Of a stretch of DNA of 64,000 nt, positions 25,073 to 38,430 are shown one piece after another (the stretch's first letter is position 1; every line of letters begins with the position of its first letter). Position numbers and translations under genes: made by a program. The stretch is from Microthyrium microscopicum. Taxonomy: Eukaryota. The notes beneath the pieces are model-generated. The model was given only the letters and a program-made list of their open reading frames with translations, was not told the DNA's origin and ran no database searches. The DNA is taken from positions 348,191 through 412,190 of the forward strand of contig MU004237.1 in assembly GCA_010405405.1 (NCBI GenBank), in the 5' to 3' direction.

Positions 25073-27050
25073 CTATTTTTTTGATGGATTGCCGATGTAG
25101 GGATAGTTATCCGCATCAAAATTCTTGAAAGTTGGCCGGTGACGATAGCCAATGAGACCCTCAATTGCCGAGCCATATTTTACCAACAAATCTTCTCTCC
25201 AAGCCGTCTGTATAATACCTATCCCGAATGGCACTCCGATTTCGCTGACGCCAACAGGAATGGCGATCATCGGATACCCTGCTTTTGCAGCGAGAGAGCA
25301 CGCAGCGCCACCGTCTGCTTGTAAAGGTACAAGCAACCCATCCAGTATGCCTTCCTCATGTCGCAGAGCCGCATCGATGCCCTCATGCCTGGACTTGCGA
25401 ATGATGTATTCAAGAGCCTTGGTGTACACGGAGTCGTCTGTATATTTTGACTGGACACATCTGTCAAAATTGTCTTGTCCTGTAGGCCATGCTGGATGAG
25501 TGCCTGGAACTCCACCTGAAATTCGTAAGTACAAGATTACGATTAGATTTAAGACATCTTGAAAGACCAGATGGTCTTCTCGTGAAATAATAAACCGCCC
25601 GTCGCATTCTATGGCGGCCATTAAGTGCGATGGGTGGTCTGTTTGTTGGATGTCGTCAAGAAATGGGATTTTGTGCGGGAGAACTTTACCATCTTGGTTA
25701 GTGTGTTTGATGTTGTATGCAATAACATCTTCCAGTGAGAGGATCTGATTCTTGTTGCTTCTAAGTGAGCTTAGGTATTTTGGAAGACTGCGGTAGAATT
25801 CTGTTTTGACAACTTCGAACTCGGAGAGTTTCGAGCCAGTCTCGCCATCACCATACTCCCAATCCCAGCCATCAGGGGCTATGATTTCTTCGGCGCTGGG
25901 AAAGTCGACTTCAAGAATTAGCGTTCCTGCTTCTTGTAGCCTCTTGAAAAGGTGCTCCAAAGCGATATGCTCGGCCTTGTGCTCCTGACTTTCCCTTGCC
26001 GTGTCCCATATTCTTTTCTGTGGCAAACCAAATCTCACACCCTTCAAAGCAGATGTATTAGCCAGCCATGAGGTGAAGGGCCTCTCAATACTGGAAACAT
26101 CTACTGAAGGTCTGACTGCGTGGGGCTGGGAACCTGTAGTCGCGCTCTTATGTGCTATGATATTCAAGACTATTGCTACATCTTCCACTGATCGGCCGAA
26201 AGTTCCCACAGTATCCAAGCTCGGAGCTTCAGGAATGACTCCTAGAGTTGAGGTAAGACCTACAACATGTTAGCAAAGCTACCATTCACGCTTCCAGGGT
26301 GCTACAATGATGATATCAGCTGTTATTTGCTATGCAGTTCGATGAGGAAACATAGAGTGCTCAATTTCTCTAGATCAATGAGTCTCCAGAGGGAGAAACC
26401 TTACCAACAGTGGGTTTTATTCCTACCACTGCGCATCGGTCTGCTGGAAACATGACACTCCCATCCGTCTCCGTGCCGATACTGAATGCACACATGTTGG
26501 CAGCAACTGCGCTGGCACTTCCAGAACTAGATCCTCCTGGGTGCTCTGCAAGGTTATATGGATTTCGATTCTGTCCCCCTCGTGATGAATAGCCTTCAGC
26601 ATAGTAGCTGGCTCGCATAGAGGCCCATTCTGACAGGTTCGCTTTCCCAAGCAGTATCCCACCGGCAGCTCGAAGGAGCGTAACAACATGGGCATCATGT
26701 GGGACTATCGTGCCTTCGAGTGCAGCACATCCTGCTGTTGTCTGCATTTTGTCCTTCGTCGAGATGTTGTCTTTGACTAGAAATGGAATGCCATGTATTT
26801 GAGATCGAATGTGGCCGTTCTTTCGCTCAGAGTCAAGTTCGTCGGCGATGCCTAGAGAGTCTGGATTAGCTTCGATGACAGCCTTGATGCGTGGATTGAT
26901 CAGCTCAATTCGTTTTAGGTAGCATTCAGTCAAATCTCTCGAAAGAAATCTCGCTTTTTCCAAGTGATTCTGTAGTTGCGTAATGGAGAGCTCCTCAATT
27001 TCTACTCCACGACAAAGCGGCATCTGGAGACATGGCCGAGATGAGTCCAT
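25073..27050 (-). CDS. Amidase-signature family enzyme
   Basis: HGIPFLVKDNI, GKANLSEW, PGGSSSGSA, IGTETDGS and VGIKPTVGL. Introns 26260-26404 and 25516-25689 give a contiguous amidase. Confidence 0.92.
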
Positions 27051-27890
27051 GACTTCCGCCGAACGGCAAATATGAAGATTCTGGGGGTTAATATATCTTA
27101 TCGTGTGGTTTCTTGACTTGATTCAAGGTTTAAAAAAATGATTCGCAAGTTCGAAGCGCGTGAGAATGAAGGTTGAGAGGGAGAAGAGTGGAGGAGGAGC
27201 GGGGCCCAGACCTTGTCTTACGTTTTACAAGCAATCCATGGTGATGCGCCCCTTCTTCATTTTTGCATAACATGTTATATGGTAGACCTATGAGTGGTTC
27301 AATTTTTTTTAAAAGCGCTGGGATACTTCTTTGATCAGAAATGACTTAGTTGAACTGATAGCTTTGCCTACCACAAAGAGCCATGATCAAACGAATCAGT
27401 TTGCTTCTACTGGATCTTCGTTCTCAGTTTTGAAGGATTCCATGATTTAATATTTGTTCCAGGTCTTCTTTCCTGTAAAACTTGAAATTCAAATGGTACT
27501 CTTTCAATAAATGCTCCGCTGTGAATTGGTTGAGATCTCCAAATTGTAATGCTGGGAAATAGTTCTCGCAAGTACTCATGTAAACACTCATTCAGGGGTA
27601 AGTAAAACCAGCCCCTTGTGCTGGAGAGGCACTACAATTGATCCTTTTAAAGCCATTAGGACATGTCACATAAATACAATTATATCCTGCTATGTTTTCT
27701 ATACCCCAGATTTCAATCCTTAAGATTGAACTATTAGTTTGAAATATCGCCTGATTTGTACACAGAGACAAGGCGCAAAGCAAAGACACGAAAATGCTAA
27801 AAGAGAAATCTTTCTCATAACTCCTGCAATTTCTCTCTAGGCTAGCGCAGCGTGCGAAATGAAACATTTTCACATAACAATGTTTCATTT

Positions 27891-28513
27891 TCATTCGACG
27901 TTAATAACAACTTCTCCTTCACCTTTAGGTACCTCAAAATCCTTCATGAACTGGTCCAACAAACCCGAGCTTATCTCTCGAGCAGAATCTGCGTCAATGC
28001 CTTTGGCTCTTCTTTCGCAAATACGCCTCCACAAGACATCTCGATCTCCTTTCAGATAAACTAAGATCACTCGGCCGCCCGATTGCTCAATGATGGCTTT
28101 ATACTCATCGCGGTGTTTCTTGGCATAAAAAGATCTGTCTAAGACCACGTCCTTGTTTTTGCCAAGCAATTCAAGAGTAGATTCTGAAAACATCTGCCTG
28201 GCTTCTTCTAGGTACAGTTCGTATTGTGCCGGTGGGTAATCAACGTTATAGATGCCGTGGTGGTCGGCGACAATGGCATCTATGGAGAGGCGTGTGAATG
28301 ATGGAAAAGCATCCACTATTGCGGATGAGAGTGTAGATTTCCCAGCACCTCAAGGGTTAATGGTTTATTCATGTATGATTGACAAAGGGAGGAGAGCTTA
28401 CCTGAAACTCCGCACATCATAACGACAATAGAACCAGATTTTTCCCCGTCATCAGCTGCCAAATGGGGTGCCAACACTTCCAAAACATGTTTTAATTGAT
28501 CTTTCTGGTTCAT
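27891..28513 (-). CDS. Small P-loop NTPase/kinase (AAA_33-like ATP/GTP-binding protein)
   Basis: A 53-bp intron 28349-28401 joins VVMMCGVS|GAGKST (Walker A). Also LSID, DVVLDRSFY and LWRRI. Confidence 0.85.
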
Positions 28514-29742
28514 AGTTTTTTGGTCAAATTTCGCTTGGTTGTCGAATAATAACAGGATCGATTAGCCTATATTTTATTGAGCCAATACTTGTACGTGACT
28601 GTCAGACAAGAGTGACTCATTAGCGCGCACGACACTATTTGTCAAAGAAATAAAAACCAAATCCCAAATCTCATTCTCCTCACAAATTAAATCCCCCGGG
28701 TTGAGATTTTCAAGAACTCAATATGGGTAGAGAAGTTCTTTGACGTGCTTCTCCTTTTCCATATGGCTTCAGAGCCTACCTCGTACAAACATGTGCAACC
28801 GCTTAGTTTCTTTACAAGTGCTCTTCGGGAAGAATAAACAGAAAATCCCAGGAATATTTTCCAGAAGTGATTAGGTACCTAGGTATTTAGATAAATAAGC
28901 TGGGAGTTCCCGAAATCGAGCTATTTCAGCAACCGACAATGACAGCCTGCTGCCTGAGTAATTCTAATAGTGTAAACACCGATTCAGGGGTAATCAACAC
29001 TCTCCCATTACTCTACATCTAAAGAGCGTCACCCAGTTTACAATCACATTTCCAGCTTTTATACCAAGTCTATCCACATAGTACATGTAATTTTTGCATG
29101 CATATACCCTAGCTTTCAACGCGGGGACATATCCACTTCCCCATGACCATTCGGTCTTCTCTTCACCGAGCAGGGCAAGATCATCCCGGGCCCGTCTTTT
29201 GACCTTGTCACCACGAGCATCTTCTCCCCAACACTCACCACAAACGCTCTGTTCCATGGCTGGCCATTGGAGTTACTTAAAGCAATCCTAGCAATACTGT
29301 CCAATTAGTGGTCGAGTTCGGAAATAACAATGCACAGGTGGAGCAACATGTCATCTTCCAACAAGGTCTTCGGGCAACGGGAGAATATAATATCGTCCAG
29401 AAATATTCATATACCACGGGACGGACCTGCGATCGAGTTGATCACTCCAGCACGTCTTGTCTTCCATTGGGGCTCTGCGTAGAAATTCTTCCCGGTTCGG
29501 ATCCATCGCTCAGTAAATTACAGCGTTCATCAAAAGTCTTTATATACCAGTTAAGCTGTTATTGCAGTCTTCCGCCAATCTAGAGACAGGGCATCGTCTG
29601 CTGACTGGCTTGAGCTTCTCTGATCGCCATTGACTGTCAAATATTGTGTCTGATCGTGGACGATCTCTTTTGCGGTTGTTGAGAATTTGGCGATTTCGAC
29701 GAGGACGGATACACGTAGCGGTCTACAGCATATCGATTAAAG

Positions 29743-31508
29743 ATGGGGTTTCCAAAGTTCTATAACACGTACTTCTTGGCCGTGGTGGCTACGATTGGTG
29801 GCATGTTGTGCGTAAAAGTCCCCGAACTCGAAATAGTTTTCTTAGGATCAAGGGATATAACATCGGCCGCGGTGCTAACTTTGCGCGCGCAGGTTTGGTT
29901 TTGACATTAGCTCTATGTCAGCCATAGTCGGCACCGATCAATACACATGGTACTTCCACGACCCGTCCGGTGTAACCCAAGGCGCAATTGGATCATCATT
30001 GGCCGCCGGCTCTATCATTGGCGCCTTGATGGCAGGTTTCATATCCGACAAATATGGTCGACGAGATAGCATATTGTTTGCATGTCTGTGGTGGCTGGTA
30101 GGCACTACGGTACAAGTCACAACGCATGGTGTTGGCCAGTTGATCGCCGGCCGCATTATCAATGGTGTTTGCGTGGGCATCACTAGTTCTCAAGTTCCAG
30201 TCTATTTGGCAGAAATTGCGAAGAAGGATCAGAGAGGAAGTATTGTGGTTATACAACAGCTTGCGATCGAGTTTGGTATCTTGGTGATGTATTTCATTGG
30301 TAAGCCGATATCCTCTAAAGCTTCACAGGATAGACTGCTGATATCAATATCATAGGATATGGCTGCTCCTTCATAGGCACGAAACACAGCACGGCAAGCT
30401 TCCGAACAGCTTGGGGCGTCCAGTTCATTCCTGCAGTTGCATTACTAGGCTTGGGACCAATGCTTCCTCGAAGCCCTCGTTGGCTAGCCAAAGTCGGCCG
30501 CAACGAAGAAGCTATTGACGTTCTCGCAAAGATTCAAGCCCATGGAGACACACAAGATCCTCTAGTTCTCGCCGAATGGGAGGAAATTCAAATCACTATC
30601 AGAGCCGAGAAAGAAGCCGGTCCAGGACTAAATAAATGGGTAGCAAACGGCATGTGGAAACGAACATTCGCTGGCGCCTCAGTCCAAGCATGGCAACAAC
30701 TCTCGTGAGTATCTGAGCCAACTAACTGCAAGATGAATACATATCTGACCTCTTCCATAGTGGCGCAAATGTCATGGTCTACTACATGGTCTACGTATTC
30801 AAAATGGCCGGTCTAACCGGCAACGTCGCCCTCATCTCCTCCGGCATCCAATACGCCCTCTTCCTAGTTTTCACCGTCTTCACATTCTTCTTCATCGACT
30901 CCGTCGGCCGCCGCCCCCTCCTCATATACGGCGCAATCGGCATGGGCGTCTGCCATTTCATCGTCGGCGGCATCCTAGGCAACTACGGCTACTCAGTGCC
31001 CGGCGGAGTCGACGGCAACCTCAACGTCGTCATCGCGCTCCATCCTGGCGGCGCATCACGCACCGTCATCGCCTTCTGCTACATGCTTATCATCGTATAC
31101 GCCTTAACGCTCGCACCAGTCGCATGGGTATACGCCTCCGAAGTCTGGAGTTTAGAAACTCGAGGGCAAGGCATGGCGTTAGCGAGTTTGGCGAATTGGC
31201 TATTTAACTTTGCGCTAGGATTATTCGTGCCGCCCGCTTTCCACAACATCACATACAAGACGTTCATAATATTTGGCGTGCTGTGTTTTGGCGCAGCAGT
31301 ACAAGCGTTCGTATCATATCCGGAGACCGCGCGCAAAAGTTTGGAAGAAATTGAGGAGATGTTTAGGCCTGGTGGTCCAAAGCCATGGCAAACGTCAGTG
31401 GGAAGCAGTAAATTGGATGAACAGATTGCCATAGTGCAGCAAAATATGGAAAAGAAAACACCAGCAGCTGCTGAACCAGAAGGGGATCTTAAAAAGGAGC
31501 TTGCTTGA
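29743..31508 (+). CDS. MFS sugar porter, high-affinity glucose transporter-like
   Basis: GGMLFGFDISS, SDKYGRR, PVYLAE, PRSPRWL, QAWQQLSGANV, DSVGRR and YPETARKSLEEI. Introns 29808-29892, 30300-30355 and 30705-30760. Confidence 0.95.
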
Positions 31509-31984
31509 GAAATGAAGACGGATGTCAGATTTACAACCTTGTGTTTGAAGTTTCTCCGGGCTGGCGTTACAGTTGTCGATGAGTTCTGATTGAGCGAGCC
31601 ATCAGATACCACATACTGCCTTTTCTGTTGTACATTTTTGAAATGGAGAGGACGCAACGTCGCAGTCAATCGTAATGTCGAGATTTGCTATCGTTGAGAG
31701 ACTTCTAATAGTGATTTCTACTGATTCTTGCTGTATCTCAATGGTACCTCTTCTATTGCATAAAGGGGTATCAATAACAGTCTCTCTACACGTTGCCATG
31801 TCTAATCACCATGGATCGCTCAACACCCATGCCGCTCCACGTCTAGCGATAACAAAAATCGCTTGCAATCGGGTATCCCAACTCCAAATAAATAATAGCA
31901 AAAACGCCTATCCCAATGCTGTTGCTTTGCGTATCAAAATCATACACTTCATGATTTCATCACTACCCCCGTGGTAGTACGTCT

Positions 31985-34153
31985 TCAGTCCAGTTCGAGC
32001 TTAATATCCTCCGGCTCCAACGTCCCCACAAACGCACGCGTCAGAAACGTCACCCATGCTTTATCCTTCTTCTTTTTATGTTTCTTCTTCTTCTCCACAT
32101 CCACTTCGCCAGCAGCTTCAAGATTTTTGACTTTCTTCCCGGCAATACGCGCCGCCAACTCTATCATATTGCGCATAGTAAGATCCGGCAGCGCATAAAT
32201 CTTGTCTTTCAGCGTATCGTACTCCAATTCGAAAGTGAATTTGTTTGGATGGGGTTTGGGATGTTTTGGTTTCTTGCCGTGATGTTTGCCGGGTTTCCAG
32301 CGTGCCAACCACAAGGGCAGGTATGAGGAGGTCTCGGCGTCCAAGGTAAAGTCGTTGTTGATGAAAGTTAGGTTGGCGTAGTATTGCGCGTAGCCAAGAA
32401 TGGTGAGTGGTTGAGAGGAGTAGGCTGGACCTGGAGGGGCGGATTTAGAGGGTGATTTGGGGACGGTGAATTTTACGGTCTTCTTCTTCTTCTTGTGTTT
32501 ACGCTTCTTCTTCTTCTCGATTTCCACGTCAGATGGGTCGACTGGGGTGGAACGGAGTTCGAGGCGGTGTGTGTTGGGAGTTTGGGTGAGTAAGGATGCT
32601 TGGGTGGTCAAAATGTCGGTTTCTTCGAGGTCTTCGTCCTCATCGTCCACGTCATCTTTGATGTCGGTGTTTTCGGCTTCGTTGTCGTAATCGAGGGCCG
32701 GTAACGATGGGGATGTTCGTCTAGAATCGGCAGGTAACTCCATACTCTCAAGGCCAGAAATATTGTATGAATAGACTCGAACAGTAGGGAAATAGTTGGG
32801 CACTAGGCTTGGGCTAACGAACGTCAAGCTGTACCGTTCGCCAAAAGAGCCGCCAATCTTGGAGTCATCCTTCTTTTTCTTTGACTTTTTGCTCGTAGAA
32901 TCGGCAAGTGGAACAGCAGCTTCAGGTAAGCTTGCAAATAGACCTCGGAGATCTCGAAGGTAATCCTGAGCAGACGCTATCGTGAACTCCGAATCATCAT
33001 CAGCAAGTCCAATAACAGTTTGTTCGTTGATTTTCGCCTTGCCATTTCTTATATGCTTCTTGACATCGTTCCAATCTTGGAGCAGAAAGTGGTCGATATT
33101 CATGTGGCCATAAAGACCTGCAACGATGACGTCGCGGAATTGGTGTGTCCACAGGGTGTATTTCTGCCAGCAAGTTTCGTCCCAGCTGACTTTGGATTCT
33201 ACTCGAGCTGGTGGCACATGGCCCATGAGAATGGCCTTCATGCCACGTGCTCTAACTATGTTTAGTTGGGCGCGGAGCCATTCAAATTGCTCAAAGCCAG
33301 GTTCACTTTTAGCAGCACATCCGTCCGTAGCAGCGTTGCTTGTAAAGAAGTAAAGAGTGTTCAAGCTGAATACGGCGAGTTGGTTTGGGATGACTTCGGA
33401 ACTAAACCAGCCTCCGCGCTGGAATTGATGGCGTTGCTCTTCGGGGATAAATTGTCTCCACGTCTTCAAGTAACTGGTAGTCCAGGAATTTGGTCCCGCC
33501 GTCATCACGTTATGTGGCAGGATATCATTGTTGCCCAAGGTAGGGATGACTGGAATAAGAAAGTCGTTTGTTGGATCATCGTCATGCCAGTTTTCTGGTT
33601 TTCCGAATGCTTCGAGAAATTTGGAGACGACAAACTCGTTTTGCGATATGACTTGTTTTCGACTTCTAGGCATGTCTTCATCGTTGTCATGTCGCGCCGA
33701 GTCGCCAGTCCAGATGATAAAATCAACTTCATCGCGAAGGTTCTCCTTGAGCCAGGCAAAGGTGGCATTGACCAAGCTAAGTGGTGTATCGCAGTCTGAT
33801 GTTTCCGCACCATAATAGCCGGACACCCCCTTTCCGCGGTGACATGCGGACTCCTCATCCGTGTTGGCATACGTCTTGTAGTAAGGATCTGGATGAATAT
33901 CGGTGATTTGTAGAAATTTGCCAGTCAATTTTCTTGTCGATGGCTTGATGGCCGAGACTGTGGGTTTCAATTCGATTCGACCATCTGGCGTTTGATCGGA
34001 TCTATCCGTTGCATCCTTGCTCTTGCTTTGAGTTTGCCGCCATATGTGACTGGCGTCTGGTATCCGGTTGTCCCAGATATTGGGATCTGAGATGACTAGA
34101 GCAGCAGCGCGCTGTATTGAGAGCGCCGCGGCTAGATACGTTGTGAGTAACAT
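31985..34153 (-). CDS. PPN1: Endopolyphosphatase (calcineurin-like metallophosphoesterase)
   Basis: GKFLQITDIHPD, WTGDSARHDND, LGNNDILPHN, GHVPP, LYGHMNIDHF, SPSLVPNYFPT and QYYANLT, with an N-terminal hydrophobic segment after ATG 34153. Confidence 0.93.
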   Translation of the reverse strand: MLLTTYLAAALSIQRAAALVISDPNIWDNRIPDASHIWRQTQSKSKDATDRSDQTPDGRIELKPTVSAIKPSTRKLTGKFLQITDIHPDPYYKTYANTDEESACHRGKGVSGYYGAETSDCDTPLSLVNATFAWLKENLRDEVDFIIWTGDSARHDNDEDMPRSRKQVISQNEFVVSKFLEAFGKPENWHDDDPTNDFLIPVIPTLGNNDILPHNVMTAGPNSWTTSYLKTWRQFIPEEQRHQFQRGGWFSSEVIPNQLAVFSLNTLYFFTSNAATDGCAAKSEPGFEQFEWLRAQLNIVRARGMKAILMGHVPPARVESKVSWDETCWQKYTLWTHQFRDVIVAGLYGHMNIDHFLLQDWNDVKKHIRNGKAKINEQTVIGLADDDSEFTIASAQDYLRDLRGLFASLPEAAVPLADSTSKKSKKKKDDSKIGGSFGERYSLTFVSPSLVPNYFPTVRVYSYNISGLESMELPADSRRTSPSLPALDYDNEAENTDIKDDVDDEDEDLEETDILTTQASLLTQTPNTHRLELRSTPVDPSDVEIEKKKKRKHKKKKKTVKFTVPKSPSKSAPPGPAYSSQPLTILGYAQYYANLTFINNDFTLDAETSSYLPLWLARWKPGKHHGKKPKHPKPHPNKFTFELEYDTLKDKIYALPDLTMRNMIELAARIAGKKVKNLEAAGEVDVEKKKKHKKKKDKAWVTFLTRAFVGTLEPEDIKLELD

Positions 34154-35397
34154 GGTGTATGAATATTGAACAACAGGCAGAACCGGGCCGTTGGATCGCA
34201 AGGACAAAAAGGTCGAAGATGCCAGGTAACTCTTGGTGTACCTGCAGCGCGGACTTTGCGGCAAAAACTAGGCCACTCTGGACTTTTTGGTAGCTTGAGC
34301 CGCACGATGACGTATCAGGGTTTCGGATGGCAGGGAGATGCTGTTAATAAAGCCAAGAGTCATCACTTGCGGCGGTATTTGCGGAAGGTTGAGCCGAGCA
34401 TCGACTTAGGACATGGAAAACAACACCAAAAGAAGCAGGAATGAAGAGGTTTGATATACAAATTATATAGAGTTATAAAAGTGGCTCACTTTAAACACTA
34501 ATAAAGTCCGACCCACGCGATTTATTCCTTTTGACTTGGTGCACACCACTCTGTCTCAGCCTATTCCTTCACTCAGTAGGCTTGCTCAACCCACACTGTC
34601 GCTACCAGCCTTCCTATTGGTCGAATGCCCCTTCCCTCCACCGCCTTGATCGTGTAACCTCTGCCTATTCTCCTTCATCTCCCCCGGTGATGTCTTTGAT
34701 CAAGTCAGCTCACGCGAGCATTTCATCCAGTCGTGATAGGTAACCCTAGGTACCTGTTCAATCTCATCGCTCTTGTGTCCAAAACTGCCCCTCTTCAAGA
34801 TACAGACGCGATGACAAGATGACTGCCAAACGCGGACGTCGCGAAGGCTGAGTGGGGGCATCTTGATCGTGTACATGCCTGCATCGTGCTGCAATGGTCA
34901 CTTGCATTAGAGGCCGCTGTATACGTTGATCATCTCAAGCCTCCGAACAGACCAATATATCGGTCAGATGGTTACCAAATCGCGAAACCTTCCGACGCCA
35001 TACCACAACAGTCCCAAACTATGATCTGTAGCAGGGAATCTCTCCGGCGTCGCCATGCTTAAGTCAAGCAAACAGATTCAGACAAGGTATCATCACGACT
35101 TAGGTCACCGAGGTTCCATCTCATCACTACATCTGCCATGGAGGTAGTTGGCTATGTCCAAGGGCCTTCATCTTCTGGTAGCGACCACACAGGCTCAAAA
35201 ATCATATTTTACGATTTACCTATCACAAAGACGCCAAATTTTTTACTCCGTTCCAACCGATCTCAAGTTTATGTCTATATGCCGTGTGGTCTTTTCAACC
35301 CCACTTCACTAATCAAATGACAGGACGACATAAAGCAGCGTCAAGAGGTGACCCCGGCTGCATTGGCTCGATCACTCACCTTAGTCTCGCTTCAGTA

Positions 35398-38072
35398 CCT
35401 GTGAACCTGCAAAAGTCTGTCCGGTCCGTGCGTCCAGACCCCAACATCGCGACCTTGAAGCGATCCCTTATTAGATTAAATCCTACATAATAATACAACT
35501 AATAGCTTAAATTCCTCGCAATAAACGTATAGTTATTCTATAATACCGCTTCTATAATAATCTACCTTTTAATAAAATTGTAACTCGTATTAGTAATATT
35601 AAATTAGACTCTATATATAAGTTTTATAAACGCGCTTAATAAAGAGCTAATTCTATAGATCTTACAACTATTCTATAGTATATTAATTCTACGCCTAGAT
35701 TAAGACGTCCTTATTAAGTTAAAACTAAATTAAATCTATATTAATAAATACAAAGCAAAATTTAAGGTAAAAGACAAGCCTAGAATTAAGTTAAAGTAGC
35801 TAATAATATTCTTTAAGAGTAATGAAATCTAAGGTTAAATTTATAACGTAAACTACTTAGAGAGCTTTAATATAAATAGATTATTAATATTATAAAGAAT
35901 CCTATCTACTATAAAGTAAATAATATTAATAAGTACCTAATTTTATATATAAAGTTATAATAATAACCTTATATAGAGAAGATAGATTCTACTAAATAAA
36001 AGCCTTTTATTAACTATATAATTAATTTAGATAAAGATATAATACTTATTAGTTATAACGAGACCTAGATAGGCTTTAAGGAGGCTTATCTAACCTAAAT
36101 TTTAGTTCCTTAGAAAACTAAAGCTTTTGTTAATTAGGCTAAGAATCTACGATTTTTAAAGATATTTTAGGCTATAGTAGTAATAGATACGCGCGTTAAA
36201 CGACCTTATTTTGTTTAGAATAAGGAAGAAGAGATAGATATATTAAAATTAATTAAATAGCTTTAATCTTAGGTTAAAAGATTAAAAGATATTATTAATT
36301 TAAAGTAAGCTAACTATTTAATACTAGGAACCTCTAAATATATAGAATTATAAGCCTAAAATATATAGATTTAAAGGAAGAACGTATTAATTCTATAAGG
36401 AATTTAAAAAGGTAAATAATAGCTTTATACTTCTAAATAGCTCTTTAAATATAAGAAGCTAGATTAAGAATATAAAAAGGAAGGTCTAGATTTCGTCTAG
36501 TATGCCTTTAACGCTTATAAAAAAGATGTAAGGATCCTAGAAATACGGGAACTATAGTAGATTAAGATAGTATATTAAATATAAAGCTAGAGAAGAGAGA
36601 TCTAGAACTATAAAGGCGTACTAAAGTAGTAGAGGAAAATCCGCGCACGAACCACCTACACGTAACTATAACGTTACCGTATAGGAGTAGCCCTCTAGAG
36701 CAAGACTGCTATTAAGCCTATAAAGAGGAATTATTACACGAGCCCCCCTTTAAAATTAGTACTCCTAAACTAAAACCTACTCCTACCTTACTAAAAAGAT
36801 CCTTCTTAAATTGTTAAATTATCTATAGAGAGAAAAACCTATAGGAACTATATAAACAAGTAAAAAACCCCTTCGTAGTATTGTATTATTATTTTAAAGC
36901 CATTAGACGTGCCGTAGATTGCCGTGTTTTGCTAGAGATCTTCCGCTTAGACTAAAATTAAATTTTAGGAATCTACTAACGCTTCCATCCCTTCTGCTCC
37001 TATTCTTTTAGTAGGATCCTACCAACCACTAGTTTTTCTCGTCTCCTAAGGGACCACCCAAAAATCCTCTTAGGAACTATTCGTAGCGTTAATACTCTAA
37101 GGAATAAACATCTAATATATTAAGGAGTTTAGAATATAGGGAAGTCGTTTTTTAAAATATTAGTAAGGGATACACGTAATTAACGCAGAGGCTAATTAGT
37201 AGTCCAAGCGTCCGCAGACACGTCATTAAATTTACGCGTTAAATTTCCGCGCTTTTTAGAATAACTACACGCTTACTTTGCGCGCTAAAGAGCCTATTCA
37301 AACCAATAGCTAGTTCCTACGGGGTAAACGCGAGAGTTAAAGTTTAAAAAGCTTTACATTATATAAGGATCCTAGAGATACGGGAGCCGTAGTAGATTAA
37401 GATAGTATATTAAATACAAAGCTAGGAAAGAGAGATCTAGAGCTATAAAGGCGTACTAAAGTAGTAGAGGAAGATCCGCGCACGGACCACCTACACGTGA
37501 CTATGACGTCACCGTGCAGGGGTAGCCCTCCAGGGCAAGACCGCTATTAAGCCTATAAAGAGAAATCATTACAAAAGGCTTGTTTCTATATTATAAAGAA
37601 CTTAAACGTCTAAATCTATATTAAGACATTATTATTATTAAAGATAACGTCCCTCTTTATTATAAGGTATAGCGTCTTTTGCAAGATAAAATAAACTAAG
37701 ATAGTATTTAATTTAAACTAATACTAGCTAATTCTCTTAATTTATATCTAATTAAGACTCTTTAAAATAACCTTAGAGATATTATTAAGAAATTTCGCTT
37801 TAGAATTTAAAGTACTATAGGTATAGTTTAGGATATAGCTAAAGATAAGATATAGCGTATTTAGTAGAAAGATAAATACTTTAATTAAAAAGTATATTAT
37901 AGAATATATACTAAATATTTTTAAGTTCTAGTAGATAGATTAAAATACGCTAATCCTCCCTATTTAAACTACTATCTAGATAGACAAGTAGTTATTAAGA
38001 TAGATTAATTTAAAATTTACTTCTTCTTGAAGTTGCGTGCACGGACCGGACAGACTTTTGCAGGTTCACAGG
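35398..38072 (+). mobile_element. RIP-inactivated Tc1/mariner (Tc1-like DDE) DNA transposon
   Basis: Perfect 34-bp TIRs CCTGTGAACCTGCAAAAGTCTGTCCGGTCCGTGC flanked by TA at 35396-35397 and 38073-38074. The interior is very AT- and TpA-rich. ~37724-37765 reads LANSLNLYLIKTL*, which restores by transitions alone to PANSPDLHPIETLW (Tc1 SPDLNPIE motif), and a DN-P motif lies at ~37643. Confidence 0.9.
36527..37573 (-). mobile_element. Miniature non-autonomous LTR retroelement (TRIM-like) nested in the Tc1 element
   Basis: 212-bp direct repeats at 36527-36738 and 37362-37573 (TG/TA...CA) whose differences appear to be transitions. Near-TSD AAAGA/AAAGG, 623-bp interior, and a purine tract (AAAGGGGGG on the minus strand) next to the left LTR. 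Confidence 0.85.
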
Positions 38073-38430
38073 TAGATTATCGTGCTTCGACCTGGACATT
38101 ACGCTAGCATGCCATAGTCCGAGTTCTGATCGTATGGTAAATTCATCATGAAATCATTGGCCGCCAAGACATCACCATCAAGAACATTTACAATATCGCA
38201 GAAAAATTCTCCCCGAAGATGAGAACGAACTGATGTACTCTGAAACTAATTCACTGACCTTAGGCTGAACTTTGATGTGTCTGTGGATGTATCCCAGATC
38301 TTCCAATCACATCAGGATTACTCTGACCGGCCATGCACAGCCTAGCTCCATATTCACAACCTCACTCGAAGCGTGCACCAGGCTGAAAAACTGATCTTCT
38401 TTCCTTCACTCCACTGTCTCAAAATACAAC

